From the NCBI GenBank assembly GCA_002269645.1, contig NIVC01000782.1, positions 62,001-126,000 of the forward strand: 64,000 nucleotides of DNA, written 5' to 3'. Below, one piece after another: positions 1 to 13,973 of this stretch. The notes under the pieces were generated by a model. It saw only the letters and a list, made by a program, of their open reading frames with translations. It was not told the origin of the DNA and did no database searches. Each line of letters begins with the position of its first letter. Position 1 is the stretch's first letter. Both the position numbers and the translations under genes were made by a program. This stretch comes from Macrostomum lignano (Eukaryota).

Positions 1-3000
1 AGCCAAGGACGACTTAAGTAGACGGACGGGAAACCTCGTTTCTTAGAAATTTTAGAAGGCAGGTGTTTCCGAAAAAATACACTACGGAGATAAAAAGTTT
101 TCATTTTTTCAGCACAAAAGTTGTTATTGCTTTCGATAAGAGGCCGATCCAGTGTTCATTTTTGATATGTTGCACAATGACGTCACCACACAGCAGTAAA
201 TTGGCGAGTTTTGCTATGTTTCCAAACTTACCATGACATGACTTGCTTGAGGCAATCTTCCTAATAAACTTGCGGTCTAATCATTTTCAAGTTAAACAAG
301 TTTTGCATGTCTCAAAGAGAGGAGGTTGATTGGAGACTTCGAACTGTAGAGAGCAGTGTTCTCCTTGCTTGCTGTTGTCCAGCTCTCCCTTCGTGCTGCG
401 AGTCTGCCTGCAGCCCGGAGCAGGGCTCGCCATTTTCTCTCAGGTCAACCAGTCTGCCTGGTGTATTTCTATTGCTCAACAGGGTAGGGGCTGCGAAGGG
501 GGGTCTTAGAAATCGAAGCTTAGTTGCAGCGCTTGTGGAAGAAATTCTTAGAGTTTATCCAATCAACAACAATTACCGATCAGACTCAGACTCCGAGTCC
601 AAGACCCGAGCGGTAGCAGCAGCAGTGGATGACTCCAGAGAGCTTTTTTGTCCCTTTTCCACAATTTCAGACCCGCGAACTTTGATTTTGATCACACAGA
701 CAGCTGACATGTAGACTGTCACATTAATTTAAAACTTGGCAATGGAGTTGGTCAGTAAACAATCCACAGAGAGTGTACAAGTGCCGCTGTACACCCAGTC
801 AGAGTGTGTGTATGAGGATGCTGCATGCGTATTGGCGCGCTTGTATGGTGTGCTCAGAAGTCAGAGAAATGAGCAGAATTGCCGTCAGTGCTGTATGTGA
901 GATAAGGTGGCCCACATTCACCTGCGAATATATTAATATTAAAAGCACTTGCACTTACTTACTGACCCTCAACTAAAAGTTTATCCTTGGTTGTACTGGG
1001 CGCACCTAAATAGGGGCAGTGTATTTGAAATAAAAACGGTGGCAGTGTAAGGCACAACATAGCAAATTCTTCTTATCAAGATTTACAACACAGAGTTGAA
1101 TAAGAAGCGAAGTTAGCCATTAAAAGAGGCCAATAATAAGCTGCATCTCATTATTCTGGTAAACAATAAATGAAAAATACTTTATTCACGGTCTTTAATA
1201 AGTATAACAATAAAGTTCATAAGGCCCAGGATTGTAACCGCAGTCGCGTCGGGATCTGCACCGCGTCCCAGCCAGCGACGGTGCCGCTCCACGTCGCTGT
1301 CGGCGATGCGAGCTTCTGACGCCATGGACGACTCTGCTGGACTGCCGCTGGCTCTGACGAGCTGCTGAAAACAGATCTGACTGTTAACAGCACAGTGGCT
1401 AAATACGAGTTACGGAATGGCACCGGCCCGAATTGTCACAGCTGTCATTGGCTGGCTGCAGGAGTCTCAGTGCAGCCAGCGTGGCTATAGCACAGACGGC
1501 GACCCTGTCCCTGGATGTACCATTGTTAGTAGCTGCTGAATAGCTTTTTGCGTGGGTGTTAGGACTGAGAAATTGTAAAGAATAAGAGAATGAAAGAAGT
1601 AGCTAGAAAGCGGGACTTCATGCAGGCAATTCCGCGGTAAACCCACGGTTTTTCTCACGCTTTTGCTACGAGCGTACAAATAGCCTGGCTGGCTGGAAAT
1701 ATTGGCCCTGCCGTTGAGCAACTGCTTCGAACTTGAAAAACCACCCTATGCACTGTTTGAGCTGCGCACATTGAATTTTGCTTATCACACAATCGGACAC
1801 TTACAGTCGCTGTGGATCTTGTGGTGATGCTTGTGGTGTCTGAGGGATATGGGTGTGGCGTTTGAGGGTGATTTTTGTGGAGTCGGATTGCGATTTTGTG
1901 CATGGGATCAAGCTAAGTCAAAGACTTCGAGTCCAGAACCCCAGCAATGCCAGCAGCAGACGACGTTAGCGAGCAGCTCCGGCAGCTGCCCGACAGCCAC
2001 ATGCAGCCCCATATTTGTGGCCTGAGGATCAGATTAGACAAAAGGTTTCCAGGAGCGGTTGTGGCCACCTAATCACGGACAACAACCAGGGGCTCACAAA
2101 GGACTTGCTTGAAGAGTTCACGAACTTGCTTTAGAATAAGTATGATGTCCCGCACCTGCAAAATATCCACCAACATGAAGTCGCGGAGTCAAATTTCTCA
2201 TATTTTCAGCCAACTGCGATCTGGTCACGAGGTCATCTGGTCATCTGGTTCTGATACTCGGGGCACTAACCGGGACCCAACGTTACGGACTTTCGCCGTC
2301 AGTTGCTGTCGAAATTTTGAGCTTTTTTAATCAGTGACTGGACGGCTCCTAAATTCAGTTTAATTCTGTTGACGTTGCGTTAAAATTTAGTCAAAATGCA
2401 CTCGTATTGATGAGCTTCATATTGAGTAGCAATCAGTGCAAAACATCTGCAACCAATTGTTACAGAACTTGTTATGTCACTCTCACCACTCACAGGCACA
2501 CCAAATGTCACTCTCACCACTCAGGCACTCCAAATGTCACTCTCATCATTCACAGGCACTCCATATGTCACTCTCATCATTCACAGGCACTCCAGATGTC
2601 ACTCTTATCACTCACAGGCACTCCAGATGTCACTCTCATCACTCACAGGCACTCCTCCAGATGTCACTCTCATCACTCACAGGCACTCCATATGTCACTC
2701 TCATCATTCACAGGCACTCCATATGTCACTCTCATCATTCACAGGCACTCCAGATGTCACTCTCATCACTTACAGGCACTCCAGATGTCACTCTCATCAC
2801 TCATCCAGCAGGTCCAGCAGGCGGCGCCAGTCGAGCCGCCGGGTGCACCCAGCTATTATGCTGAAACGCTGAGGTACGGAGTATTCATTTACACGGAGAA
2901 CGGAGAACTCATTTAGCGGGCTTTTCCAGTGTTTACATGTCTCTTCCTAATCCGATGGCTGCAAAGGCCAATTGGGCCGCCACTTCATTGGCTCGTGAAG

Positions 3001-4140
3001 GAGGCGGGGGTTGCTGCGGTTGCAACGGCGGGCATCCACAATTGGCTGCTTCTGCGCGGGGAAAGGAGACAGAGACCAGTGCTGGCACGAAAGAATTGTG
3101 TGTGAAAGAAACTTGCAGACGAAGGCAGGTCAGCCAACACAGCGCACGCACAGCCCCTCCCCCCTCCTGACCCAGCAAAGCAGCCACCCAGCCCGCAGTT
3201 CAATGGCCCTCACCAGTGGCAAGCCTAACAGGATTTTCAACCTCAATGTCTAAAACTGACTATCCAGATCTATTAATCTCTAACGCTGGGCTCACTGCAT
3301 GTCGCCAAACCAACCACCGCCTGTCTCTTGCTGAAAAGTGGAGTTTTCTATGGGAAATTGGGAAATTGGGGGCTGGGGGGCAGGATGATTCAAGGGAAGA
3401 GAAATCGCAACACGTGGGTTATAGGGATAATAAATATGGTTGTTGAATTCTGATAACTAGGGTGGATTCTCAACAAGTGCAAAGCGATAATGATTTAGTG
3501 ATTTGTGTAAGTAAAATACGCAATGCATGTACAATAAGGCGCACAATATGCGACTAAGATTGCAAATGCAAACACAAATTTTCAATTTCTCTTTCAGTGG
3601 CTGATTTGTACTTTTATTCGAATTCAAATTACCACATTATACCAGCATCTTTACAGAAAGGCAAGTTTTGCAAAAAGTTGTAAACCAACTTCACACATAT
3701 CCAGTCCTCCACACATCTATGAATAATGTATTCTTAATGCATTTAAACACTTTTGGTGGCGTTGGCAACGAATTACAACAAAGAAACAGTGAAGAGTCAT
3801 TTCATCGAACTCGACTTCACGCCAAATTTAAGGCCAGCAAACAAATTCTGGTTTTCTTTAATTTACTTCTCAAAAATGTCAAAATCATCATCGCAGGCCG
3901 CAATTTTGAGTTGAATTCTACTTCAGTTGGCCGCAAACCTGTACGCTGAGGCCTTCAACAAGTGGCAGGTGAGGTGGCAGCGCAGCATTGAGAAGAGTGG
4001 CGACAATGTTTAAAAATGACTGTGCTGTTTGTTCTGGTTGCTTCTTTGTTTCCTGAGTTACGGCAATTGTCCGATTTTTCACCGGACAGCTCTGGCACTT
4101 TGTGTGCAAATTCTCGAGTTTTAAAGTGATTCTCATCAGC
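1..4140 (+). repeat. Segmental duplication block A (copies at 19484-about 23795 and 63017-about 63345)
   Basis: Near-identical sequence starting agccaaggacgacttaagtag; near-identical ORF calls at 307/19790 and 773/20252. Confidence 0.9.
2470..2805 (+). repeat. 30-bp minisatellite GTCACTCTCATCACTCACAGGCACTCCAGAT-type (also 21725-22395, 29365-30050, 51095-52315; inverted at 13010-13180)
   Basis: Direct tandem units. Confidence 0.9.
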
Positions 4141-4594
4141 TTGAATGAGTTGAATAGCTTTCTCTAAATTCCAGATTGTCAACATTCGCGTGCTATTAGC
4201 AAAATTGCAGCTATTTTTTAGAAATTTTAGAAATTTTTCGTTTGTTTGGATTTTGGATTAGATCCTCAGTCTCTAATCTCTAATCCTCAGATTTGGATTA
4301 GAGATAAACCAACCAAACTGAGGTCAGTCGCTGTATGCACCCTGAAAAATAAATGCACGTCTGAAACACCGGAAAAACCGTGGATTTGCCGCAGCTCTTG
4401 AATTGTTATTGTTATTTTACTTATCTGAGGCTATTTTTAGCTACCGCGTATATGTACGTGCGAACTCAGCCATGAAGCCGTCTCCCCGTGGTTCTCCTAT
4501 AATTCTTCTCTCCCAGAATTTAAACAAAACAAATTCTCTAGTTACTACTGTTCAGGCTACCAGAGTAATAACCGAAGATTTATATTCACAAATC

Positions 4595-5078
4595 TCATGA
4601 AAGTTTCTCATGAATTCCCCGCGGTTTCTCATGAATTCCCCCAATGTTTCTCATGAATTCTCCAGTTTTTCATGAATTCCCCAGTTTCTCATAAATTCCC
4701 CGGTTTCTCATGAATTCCCCGGTTTCTCATGAATTCCCCCATGTTTCTCATGAATTCTCCAGTTTCTCATGAATTCCCCTGTTTCTCATGAATTCTCCAG
4801 TTTCTCATAAATTCCCCCAGTTTCTCATGAATTCCCCAGTTTCTCATGAATTCCCCAGTTTCTCATGAATTCCCCAGTTTCTCATGAATTCCCCAGTTTC
4901 TCATGAATTCCCCGGTTTCTCATGAATTCCCCAGTTTCTCATGAATTCCCCAGTTTTTCATGAATTCCCCGGTTTCTCATGAATTCCCTAGTTTCTCATA
5001 AATTTCCCAGTTTTTCATGAATTCCCCGGTTTCTCATGAATTCCCCAGTTTCTCATGAATTCCCCCAGTTTCTCATGG
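4595..5078 (+). repeat. Approximately 20-21-bp minisatellite GTTTCTCATGAATTCCCC(A/G)
   Basis: Direct tandem units. Confidence 0.9.
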
Positions 5079-5834
5079 TTTTAATCCCCTCACCAATCCC
5101 ATAATTGTGAGCACTTGCTTGCGTAAAACTTGCTCAGTGTCAAAATTGAAGCAACTCATTAGCTTCATTTTTTAAATTTCTGTTATTAATATACTGTAAA
5201 TTATTGTTCACTAACCGAGTTCCTACTAATTTATAATTATTAGTAACTTCCATAAAGTTCGAAAATCATATCGTCTGACATATCCTCTGTCGCATATTTC
5301 TGGTTTTGTACAGCCTTTTGCTGCATTCATTTTGACACTCCAATTTTAAATCCGGTTTGAAACTCGCTACTGCCTACTTATTCAGTCCGCTTATCAGTAG
5401 TGCACGCCAGCCGGTATTGGAAAAATTTGCTCAGCATTTTAATCGTAAAACAATTATAAATCAGCATTGCACCGGCACTGAAAAAACAATCATAATGAAA
5501 AATTAAATGTCTGTAGCCTATAGACACTACTGCTTTTGTTTAGCCACTATAGTAGTATGTTTGCTGTGGGCCAACTTTTTATTGTTGTTTTCTGAAGCCA
5601 ATTTTGCTATTAGTTTAATAGCCCAGTGTTTTAATGGTGCTAACTTTGTTGTTTAGCTACTCGAGTGCATTATTGTTTAATAATTAATATATATTTAAAT
5701 TGCAATTGCGGTTTCATTTCCCTTCTTTGGCGCTTATAAAATATTTCCTGCTTTTTTATATTTGAGATCAAGCACTCAGTTATTTGAAATTGTTCTGCAT
5801 TCTCTGGAGCAGATTTCTCAGATATTGCCTATTA

Positions 5835-6500
5835 GTTTTAAGGGGAATTTCTCAGGTATGGCCTATTAGTTTTAAGGGGAATTTCTCAAATATAGCCATG
5901 AGGTTCAAGGGGAATTTGTCAGGTATGGCCATGAGGTTCAAGGGGAATTTGTCAGGTATGGCCATGAGGTTCAATGGGAATTTCTCAGGTATGGTCATGA
6001 CGTTCCAAGGGAATTTCTCAGGTATAGCCGTTAGGTTTAATAGGGATTTCTAAGGTATGGCCATGAGGTTCAGGGGAAATTTCTTAGGTATGGCCATGAG
6101 GTTCAGGGGAAATTTCTTAGGTATGGCCATGAGGTTCAGGGGAAATTTCTTAGGTATGGCCGGTTCAGGGGAAATTTCTTAGGTATGGCCATGAGGTTCA
6201 GGGGAAATTTCTTAGGTATGGCCATGAGGTTCAGGGGAAATTTCTTAGGTATGGCCATGAGGTTCAGGGGAAATTTCTTAGGTATGGCCATGAGGTTCAG
6301 GGGAAATTTCTTAGGTATGGCCATGAGGTTCAAGGGGAATTTCTTAGGTATGGCCATGAGGTTCAGGGGAATTTCTTAGGTATGGCCATGAGGTTCAGGA
6401 GAAATTTCTCAGATATGACCTTTGAGGTTCATGGGAAATTTCTCAGGTATGTGCAAAAGGTTCAGGAGGAATTTCTCAAATATGGTCAATGAGGTTCAAG
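5835..6500 (+). repeat. 33-bp minisatellite GGTATGGCCATGAGGTTCAGGGGAAATTTCTTA
   Basis: Direct tandem units; spurious 11-aa repeat ORFs. Confidence 0.9.
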
Positions 6501-6666
6501 TGAAATTTGTCAGAAAACTCGGAAAAGCGCTGAGATAAAAGTTACTCAAGTATGACTAAAACTTTAAATTTATTTCGCCAGTCATGGCTACAAGTTTTCT
6601 CTATGGAACTTGTCAGGTATAACCGCGAAGTCTCAATTTTCTTCACATTTCTTCTCGTCACTCCAG

Positions 6667-7016
6667 CCTCCCCTGTCGAGATGTCGCTCTCCAACAAATC
6701 CCTCATAGCAACCCAGCCACATCCGGACAGTCTAGCCGACTTCAGCATCCCTGAGCCTCAGTCGTTGCCGGGGCAACGCTATCGCCTTGGCGACATGCTG
6801 TGGGCGAAAGTGGGCAGCCACCCCTACTGGCCGTGCATGGTGTACTTTGGCCCCGAGTCCAACACCATCTGCAAGCCGCACAGCAAGGCGGGGACCCGGT
6901 ACGCATATCATGTGCAGTTCTTCGGGCCGCTAGTTGAAAGGGCCTGGGTGCCCGACAATGCCAACTTGCTGCAGTTCCACGGCAAGGCTGCGTTCGACGA
7001 GTACGTGGAGGAGCAG
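6667..7016 (+). CDS. NSD: NSD-like exon 1: first PWWP domain
   Basis: YRLGDMLWAKVGSHPYWPCMV...YHVQFFG...ERAWV; acceptor ctccag|, donor cag|GTGAGT at 7017. Confidence 0.85.
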
Positions 7017-7064
7017 GTGAGTTACTTTGGCATCTGTCATTCTCATCGTGTCTCTTCAGTCCTG

Positions 7065-8070
7065 TGAGACACCTTCAGATCTTACAGGAAACCCACAAGA
7101 ATTACCTTCAGACCCTACAGGAAGTCCCTCAGACACTGCAAGAATCTCCCTCAGATACCACAAGAATCTCCCTCAGACACCACAAGAATCTCCCCTCAGA
7201 CACCACAAGAATCTCCCTCAGACACCACAAGAATCTCCCCTCAGACACCACAAGAATCTCCCCTCAGACACCACAAGAATCTCCCCTCAGACACCACAAG
7301 AATCTCCCTCAGACACCACAGGAATCTACCTCAGATACCACAAGAATCTCCCTCAGACAGCACAAGAATCTCCCTCAGATACCACAAGAATCTCCCTCAG
7401 ACACCACAGGAATCTCCCTCAGACACCATAGGAATCTCCCTCAGACACCACAATAATCTCCCCTCAGACACCACAGGAATCTCCCTCAGACACCACAATA
7501 ATCTCCCCTCAGACACCACAATAATCTCCCCTCAGACACCACAAGAATCTCCCCTCAGACACCACAAGAATCTCCCCTCAGACACCACTAGAATCTCCCC
7601 TAAGACACCACAATAATCTCCCTCAGACACCACAAGAATCTCCCCTCAGATACCACAAGAATCTCCCCTCAAACACCACAAGAATCTCCCCTCAGACACC
7701 ACAAGAATCTCCCCTCAGATACCACAAGAATCTCCCCTCAGACACCACAGGAATCTCCCTCAAACACCACAAGAATCTCCCCTCAGACACCACAGGAATC
7801 TCCCTCAGACACCACAAGAATCTCCCCTCAGACACCATAGGAATCTCCCTCAGACACCACAATAATCTCCCCTCAGACACCACAGGAATCTCCCTCAGAC
7901 ACCACAATAATCTCCCTCAGACACCACAAGAATCTCCCCTCAGATACCACAATAATCTCCCCTCAGACACCACAGGAATCTCCCCTCAGACACCACAGGA
8001 ATCTCGCCTCAGACACCACAGGAATCTCCCCTCAGACACCACAATAATCTCCCCTCAGACACCACAGGAG
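7065..8070 (+). repeat. Intron 1 minisatellite, 22-23 bp CTCAGACACCACAAGAATCTCCC
   Basis: Direct tandem units. Confidence 0.9.
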
Positions 8071-8102
8071 TCGCAACTCCAGAATCCCCGCTCTCTCCGC
8101 AG

Positions 8103-9149
8103 GGATGGCGCACCAAGGCGGCCCGAGCCCAGTTCGAAGTTCGGCCCCGGATTCAACCAGTCTGGGAGGCCAGCTGGCGGGAGGCTGAGGAGGCGCTCAA
8201 GCTGCCTCATTTGGAGCGAATGTACCGCTTCGGCCGTGTCTACTATGACGATTCCACACCGAAGACTTCCAATTCAGGGACCCCGTCGGAGAACCCGGCC
8301 AAGAAAGATGCCCACAGTGACAAGCGAGCAGGTCGAACTCGGGTCGTCAAGGAGGAAAGCGACAGCGACTGGAGTGAAAGTTCTCACCGACAGCAGCAGC
8401 AATGCAGAGCTGCTACTTCTAGTAGTAAGAAAAAGCATTGGACAGCGGCGGTGGTGAAGCCTTCGGCACCTGTTCAACGAACTTCAGCTGTCAGTCAGCA
8501 GGAGGTTCGGGCACAGGTGGACAACCAGGAGGCTCCCAACAGCATTGACAGCGACTCCGACAGCTCCAGCTCATCCTCCTCGCGTGATGACGACGGCTCG
8601 CAGAAGTCTTCAACAACTGGCTCAGCGATTCGATTTCAATTCCAGCGATTGAAACCGCCGCCACCGTTGGGGCCATCGGCGAAGCGGCGGCTCCTCGACA
8701 GTCTGCAGTTGGCCGTGTGCGGCCGCTGCGAAGAGCCGTCAAATCCTGCTGGGCCGCCCGGCACTCTGGCCGCCTGTCAGGGCGTCTGCGCTCGCCTGTT
8801 CCACCAGGACTGCCTGCTGCGTAGGCAGCCAAAACTGCTGTGCGACAACTGCTGCCGTCCTGACAAGCCTGGCGGCCTCTGCGGACTCTGCGATCGGCCT
8901 GTTGCCATGGCAACCGTTGCTATGGGCCCCGATCGGCGAGCCGTGTGCCAGACCTGTTCTAGGGTGTATCACGGAGGCTGTCTGGATGACCTGCTGGATG
9001 CGGCTAGGGCTGCTGGTCTGAGCTCCGGTGCGAGTCACAGGTTGCTGGCTCGGTGGGATGCTGACAGCTTGATTGCCTGTCCGAGGCACGCCTGCAGGAG
9101 CTGCGTTCTTGACGGCTGCTCTGCGGGGCAGGCGGCTGTGGGAGTTCAG
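8103..9149 (+). CDS. NSD: NSD-like exon 2: PWWP C-terminal helices, Ser-rich linker, PHD1 and PHD2
   Basis: WEASWREAEEALK; CGRC...CQGVCARLFHQDC...CDNC; CGLC...CQTCSRVYHGGC...CPRHACRSC; acceptor ctctctccgcag|, donor cag|GTAGGA. Confidence 0.85.
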
Positions 9150-9162
9150 GTAGGATGTGCTG

Positions 9163-10095
9163 CTCAGTGTGTCTCATGTGCTCAGTGTGTCTCATGTGCT
9201 CAGTGTGTCTCATGTGCTCAGTGTGTCTCATGTGCTCAGTGTGTCTCATGTGCTCAGTGTGTCTCATGTGCTCAGTGTGTCTGATGTGCTCAGTGTGTCT
9301 CATGTGCTCAGTGTGTTTGATGTGCTAAGTGTGTCTCATGTGCTCAGTGTGTCTCATGTGCTCAGTGTGTCTCATGTGCTGCTCACTGTGTCTCATGTGC
9401 TTTCAGTGTGTCCTATGTGCTCACTGTGTCTCATGTGCTCTCACTGTGTCTCATGTGCTCTCACTGTGTCTCATGTGCTCTCACTGTGTCTCATGTGCTC
9501 TCACTGTGTCTCATGTGCTCAGTGTGTCTCATGTGCTCTTAAAGTCTCACGTGATCTAGCCACTGTCTCACGTGATCTAGTCACTGTCTCACCTGATCTA
9601 GCCACTGTCTCACCTGATCTAGCCACTGTCTCACCTGATCTAGCCACTGTCTCACCTGATCTAGCCACTGTCTCACCTAATCCAGCCACTGTCTCACCTG
9701 ATCTAGCCACTGTCTCACCTGATCTAGCCACTGTCTCACCTGATCTAGCCACTGTCTCACCTGATCTAGCCACTGTCTCACCTGATCTAGCCACTGTCTC
9801 ACCTAATCCAGCCACTATCTCACCTGATCTAGCCACTGTCTCACCTGATCTAGCCACTGTCTCACCTGATCTAGCCACTGTCTCACCTGATCTAGCCACT
9901 GTCTCACCTGATCTAGCCACTGTCTCACCTGATCTAGCCACTGTCTCACCTGATCTAGCCACTGTCTCACCTGATCTAGCCACTGTCTCACCTGATCTAG
10001 CCACTGTCTCACCTGATCTAGCCACTGTCTCACCTGATCTAGCCACTGTCTCACCTGATCTAGCCACTGTCTCACCGGATCTAGCCACTGTCCCC
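9163..10095 (+). repeat. Intron 2 minisatellites: 18/20-bp TGCTCAGTGTGTCTCATG then 21-bp CTAGCCACTGTCTCACCTGAT
   Basis: Two abutting arrays, junction near 9540. Confidence 0.9.
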
Positions 10096-10100
10096 ACCAG

Positions 10101-10726
10101 GTCAGCTGTGTCCGCTGCCCAGCCGCCTACCACAGCAGCCCTCGCTGTGTCCCAGCCGGCAGCCACTTCCTGACCCCAGCCTTCATCATCTGCCCGGACC
10201 ACCTGCTCTCCGACTCCTCAAAGCGGCGCTCCAGCTGCTCAGCCACGGCCACGCGTCACGTGAACACCTCCTGGTGCTTCGCCTGCCTTCGCTCCGGCGG
10301 CCTGTCGGGCTGTCAGCGCTGTCCAGCCTCCTGCCACATCGCCTGCCTGCCCGACTCTCCATCAGCCGCCCCAGCTGTGGCTCCGTTCACCTGCGCCCCC
10401 TGCCGGCTCAGCTGGCAGCCTCGATGCGGCGACATCGTCTGGGTGAAGGTCGGCCCATTCCGCTGGTGGCCCTGCGAGATCCTGCTGGCACAGCACGCGC
10501 CTGAGAACATCCAGCGACTGGGCAGGCAGCTGGGCACTTTTCCCGTGCGCTTCTTCGGCACTGACGAGTACTATTGGGTGTCCCTGGCTCGCCTGTTCCC
10601 CTTCAAGGACGGCGATCTGGGCGAGTCCGCGGCTGCCGCTGCCGGATCGGCCGGGACTGAGACGGCTGAGCTGATGGACAAATTCAACGAAGGGGTGGCC
10701 TTGGCTCAGGAGGCCTGGCGACTCAG
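10101..10726 (+). CDS. NSD: NSD-like exon 3: PHD3, PHD4 and second PWWP
   Basis: VSCVRCPAAYH...CVPAGS...IICPDH; HVNTSWCFAC..GG...CQRCPASCHIACL; GDIVWVKVGPFRWWPCEI...FPVRFFGTDEYYWV. Confidence 0.9.
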
Positions 10727-10744
10727 GTGTGCATCTGCTTATTG

Positions 10745-11335
10745 TTGTAGCCTCTGGGATGCTTCATCTCATTAATCCCAGCTTCTCTGAGATGCTTCAT
10801 CTCCTATTCATCCCAGCCTCCCTGAGATGCTTCATCTTTTATTCACCCCAGCCTCCCTGAGATGCTTCATCTATTCATCCCAGCGTCTCTGAGATGCTTT
10901 TTTTTCTATTCATCTTAGCCTCACTGAGATGCCTCATCTCCTATTCATCCCAGCCTCCCTGAGATGCTTCATCTCCTATTCATCCCAGCCTCTGAGATGC
11001 TTCATCTCCTATTCACCCCAGCCTCTCTGAGATGCTTCATCTCCTATTCATCCCAGCCTCCCTGAGATGCTTCATCTATTCATCCCAGCCTCCCTGAGAT
11101 GCTTCATCTACTATTCATCCCAGCCTCTCTGAGATGCTTCATCCCCTATTCATCCCAGCCTCTCTGAGATGCTTCATCTATTCATCCCAGCCTCCCTGAG
11201 ATGCTTCATCTCCTATTCATCCCAGCCTCCCTGAGATGCTTCATCTTTTATTCACCCCAGCCTCCCTGAGATGCTTCATCTATTCATCCCAGCCTCTCTG
11301 AGATGCTTCATCTCCTATTTATCCCAGCCTCACTC
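10745..11335 (+). repeat. Intron 3 minisatellite, about 30-34 bp GAGATGCTTCATCTCCTATTCATCCCAGCCTC
   Basis: Direct tandem units. Confidence 0.9.
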
Positions 11336-11526
11336 AGACTCCTCACAACCCCCCACAGAGATAGTGAGACAGTGACAATTGGCCCAATCCCACTGCTCCC
11401 CCCCCATTCTGCAGGTGAGACAGTGACTAGATCACGTGAGACAGTGGCTAGATCACGTGAGACTTTAAGAGCACATGAGACACACTGAGCACATGAGACA
11501 CAGTGAGAGCACATGAGACACATGAG

Positions 11527-11781
11527 CCTTCTCGGCGAGCTCTCCGCCGTGCCGCAGCCGGTGTCAGCTGATTCTGACCAGCCTCTGCCACCCGCGCCCA
11601 CCGGCCAGGAGCCGCAGCTGCAGCAGGCGGAAGCCTCAGCCTCCAGCCTGATGGCCAAATGCGACTGCCAGCGCCGGGGTCGCCACTGCGGCGAGCTGGA
11701 CGGCTGCGCCAACCGGCTGGCGGGCATCGAGTGCCACCCGGCCGCCTGCGGACCCGGCTGCCTGAACCAGCGGCTCTCCAG
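11527..11781 (+). CDS. NSD: NSD-like exon 4: AWS (pre-SET) domain; 5' boundary uncertain
   Basis: CDC...HCG....CANR....ECHP..CGPGCLNQR. Of three candidate acceptors (AG ending 11358, 11414, 11526), only 11526 gives an open in-frame join. Confidence 0.7.
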
Positions 11782-11814
11782 GTTCGGCTGGCTCATTGGG
11801 GCTGTGTGAAAATG

Positions 11815-12290
11815 GCACTCTGACAGTGTCACTCTCAGTGTCACTCTGACACTGTCACTCTCGAAGTGTCACTCTGACACTGCCGCTCTCAATGTCTCAC
11901 TCTGACACTGTCACTCTCAATGTGTCACTCTGACACTGCCGCTCTCAATGTCTCACTCTGACACTGTCACTCTCAAACTCTCACTCTGACACTGTCACTC
12001 TCAATGTGTCACTCTGACACTGCCGCTCTCAATGTCTCACTCTGACACTGTCACTCTCAATGTGTCACTCTGACACTGTCACTCTCAAGTTGTCACTCTC
12101 AATGTGTCTCTCTTACACTGTCATTCTGACATTGTCACTCTCAAGTTGTCACTCTGACACTGTCACTCTCAGTGTCACTCTGACTCCGACACTGCCACTC
12201 TCAGTGTCACTCCAACACTGTCACTCTGACACCATCAATCTCAAAATGTCACTCCACCGTCACACTTAAGTGTCACTCCAACCCTAATAG
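11815..12290 (+). repeat. Intron 4 minisatellite TCACTCTGACACTGTCACTCTCAA-type
   Basis: Degenerate tandem units. Confidence 0.85.
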
Positions 12291-12369
12291 CATCATTCCG
12301 AGCCCCAATCGACGTCACTGTAATGAAGTCACTCTCCATATCATGTGGGAATCGGCACTCCGACTTTCA

Positions 12370-13116
<747 letters not shown>

Positions 13117-13229
13117 TTAGAGTGACATCTGGAGTGCTTGTGAGTGATGAGAGTGACATCAGGAGTGCCAGTGATAAGAGTGACACCTGACACCTGTGTG
13201 TCAGAGAGTGTGACCAAAAAGGCCCGAAC

Positions 13230-13725
13230 TACCCAGAGTGACACAACTACAACACACTAGAGTGCCGCCAATATCTAGGGAGACACAGAGATCCACAGTT
13301 ACCAGAGTGACACACAGAACAGCTACCCAGAGTGACAGAAAGAGTGCTAAAACTATCTAGAGTGACACACAAGTGACGCAACTATCACAGTTTGTCGCAA
13401 CTACCCAGAGTGACACCAGGAGTGACAAACAGAGGGCCGCAGCTAACCAGAGTGACACAAAGAGTAACACACAGACACCCAGAGTGGCACACAGAGTGAC
13501 ACCCAAAGTGATACACAGAGTGACACACGGAGTGCCACAGCTACCCAGAGTGACAAACACAGTGCAACAGCTACCCAGAGTGACACAAAGTGACACCCAG
13601 AGTGACACACAGAGTGCCGCAGCTACCCAGAGTGACACACAGAGTGCCGCAGCTACCCAGAGTGACACACAGAGTGCCGCAGCTACCCAAAGTGACACCC
13701 AGAGTGACCCCCAGAGTGACACCAC
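13230..13725 (+). repeat. Intron 5 minisatellite, about 30 bp AGCTACCCAGAGTGACACACAGAGTGCCGC (also 14085-14435; inverted next to the minus-strand PHD copies)
   Basis: Direct tandem units. Confidence 0.85.
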
Positions 13726-13762
13726 AGCACCAACCAACCGCAGTCGCCGCTCCGCCCCACAG

Positions 13763-13973
<211 letters not shown>

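Noticed and set aside
307-714. 135-aa ORF duplicated at 19790-20193
   Set aside because: No recognisable domain; frameshifted between the two copies
2930-3240. GC-rich segment with CCAAT/GC-box-like motifs as NSD promoter
   Set aside because: 3.5 kb from the first recognised exon, duplicated at 22550 without a gene, no supporting evidence
3918-4140. Recurrent 60-150-aa ORFs in a approximately 220-bp repeat (also 16670-16886, 23570-23790, 56095-56265)
   Set aside because: Open in several frames, no family recognised; treated as duplicated non-coding sequence
7065-8070. Regular repeat arrays as possible CRISPR (also the 82-bp TIR units)
   Set aside because: Head-to-tail units with no unique spacers, no cas genes, eukaryotic context
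9157-10173. 338-aa ORF and CAQCVS read-through of exon 2 that mimics a Cys-rich finger
   Set aside because: Translation of intron 2 minisatellites; a GT donor at 9150 and AG acceptor at 10100 join the PHD domain in frame
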